Source: an uncultured Phycisphaerales bacterium (GTDB lineage: Bacteria; Planctomycetota; Phycisphaerae; Tepidisphaerales; Tepidisphaeraceae). Taken from it: DNA of 64,000 nt. How positions within the stretch are numbered: the stretch's first letter is position 1; every line of letters starts with the position of its first letter. The stretch is taken from positions 2,368,001 to 2,432,000 of the forward strand of contig CAVWLP010000002.1 in NCBI GenBank assembly GCA_963755915.1, given 5' to 3'. Below, piece by piece: positions 63,541 through 64,000 of this stretch. Position numbers and translations under genes: made by a program. The notes below the pieces were generated by a model. It was not told where the DNA came from, did no database searches, and worked only from the letters and a program-made list of their open reading frames with translations.

Positions 63541-63670
63541 TCATTTGACTCTCAATTTTTTAATGGCATGATATTTAGCGCATATATTCCGGTCACGGAT
63601 GACCGGCGGCCGCAACGGGTTCCCGGCCGAAAATCATGGGAACTTTTTGGGATTTCCCGCATCTAAATCA

Positions 63671-64000
63671 ATGTCAAGCCTGGGCGGCGCCAATTACGAG
63701 GCTGAGGTTTCGTCGGCCGGTGAATCGGCGGAAGGCGCGGGCTCGTCGGGCGCGGTCGGTGGAGGTGGTATGCCGAAAGGCCAGGCCGTGGCGACACCTT
63801 CGCTGCACGGATCCGACAAAAATGGCTCTGACAAGAGCGGCTCTGACAAAGCTGGGAAGCTCATCGCCGCCGCTCGCGACGGCGACCGCTCGGCGTATGG
63901 TCAAATCGTTACGCTTTACCAGGACCGCCTCTTCAACGCCCTGCTGAGGATGGTCGGTGAAACCGAAGAGGCCCGCGAGCTGACGCAGGAGACGTTTACT
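63671..64000 (+). CDS. ECF sigma-70 factor, partial (runs off the window)
   Basis: Manual translation: LIAAARDGDRSAYGQIVTLYQDRLFNALLRMVGETEEARELTQETF (region 2); N-terminal GSDK x3 repeat. Confidence 0.85.
   Translation, partial: MSSLGGANYEAEVSSAGESAEGAGSSGAVGGGGMPKGQAVATPSLHGSDKNGSDKSGSDKAGKLIAAARDGDRSAYGQIVTLYQDRLFNALLRMVGETEEARELTQETFT

Noticed and set aside
63808-63852. 15-nt tandem repeat (GSDK x3) as a separate element
   Set aside because: It is an in-frame low-complexity linker in the ECF sigma N-terminus, with no sign of mobility.

Overview
GC-rich bacterial chromosomal window, most likely Planctomycetota (Phycisphaerae/Tepidisphaerales-like). This is inferred from the PEP-CTERM proteins with a dockerin-like GDANLDG module, the GYDLRATPxxCPECG zinc-ribbon proteins and the heptamer intergenic repeats. 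More than 20 genes are broken by single-base indels, usually in homopolymer or GC runs and including housekeeping genes, so the assembly looks like under-polished long reads and most split ORFs are treated here as single genes. In order, the window holds: methyltransferase/SDR/GNAT genes; a GH10-PEP-CTERM protein and two small sorted surface proteins; ClC, MgtC and a site-2 protease; the ligase-associated DNA-repair cluster (exonuclease, ligase, Lhr-like helicase, PdeM) interrupted by a tandem-duplicated zinc-ribbon membrane gene; a two-TetR ABC efflux operon followed by a pentameric ligand-gated ion channel homologue; bactofilins, DegP and panB; a sulfatase plus FGE; a divergent HU plus an unknown membrane protein; an M16 peptidase pair, ispH and rfbA/B/D; a GGDEF-EAL protein, SPINDLY-like TPR protein, ohr, hldD and a class IV aminotransferase; TA modules, UbiD and an ECF sigma factor. 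The most unusual structure is a ~1.67 kb integrase-free mini-island (59301-60968) carrying HigBA. It is bounded by the two halves of a tRNA-Phe-like att site, has arm-type repeats at both ends, and appears inserted at a non-tRNA site. Several REP-like repeat families are present, two of them inserted in frame inside genes. No CRISPR array, rRNA or intact tRNA was seen.
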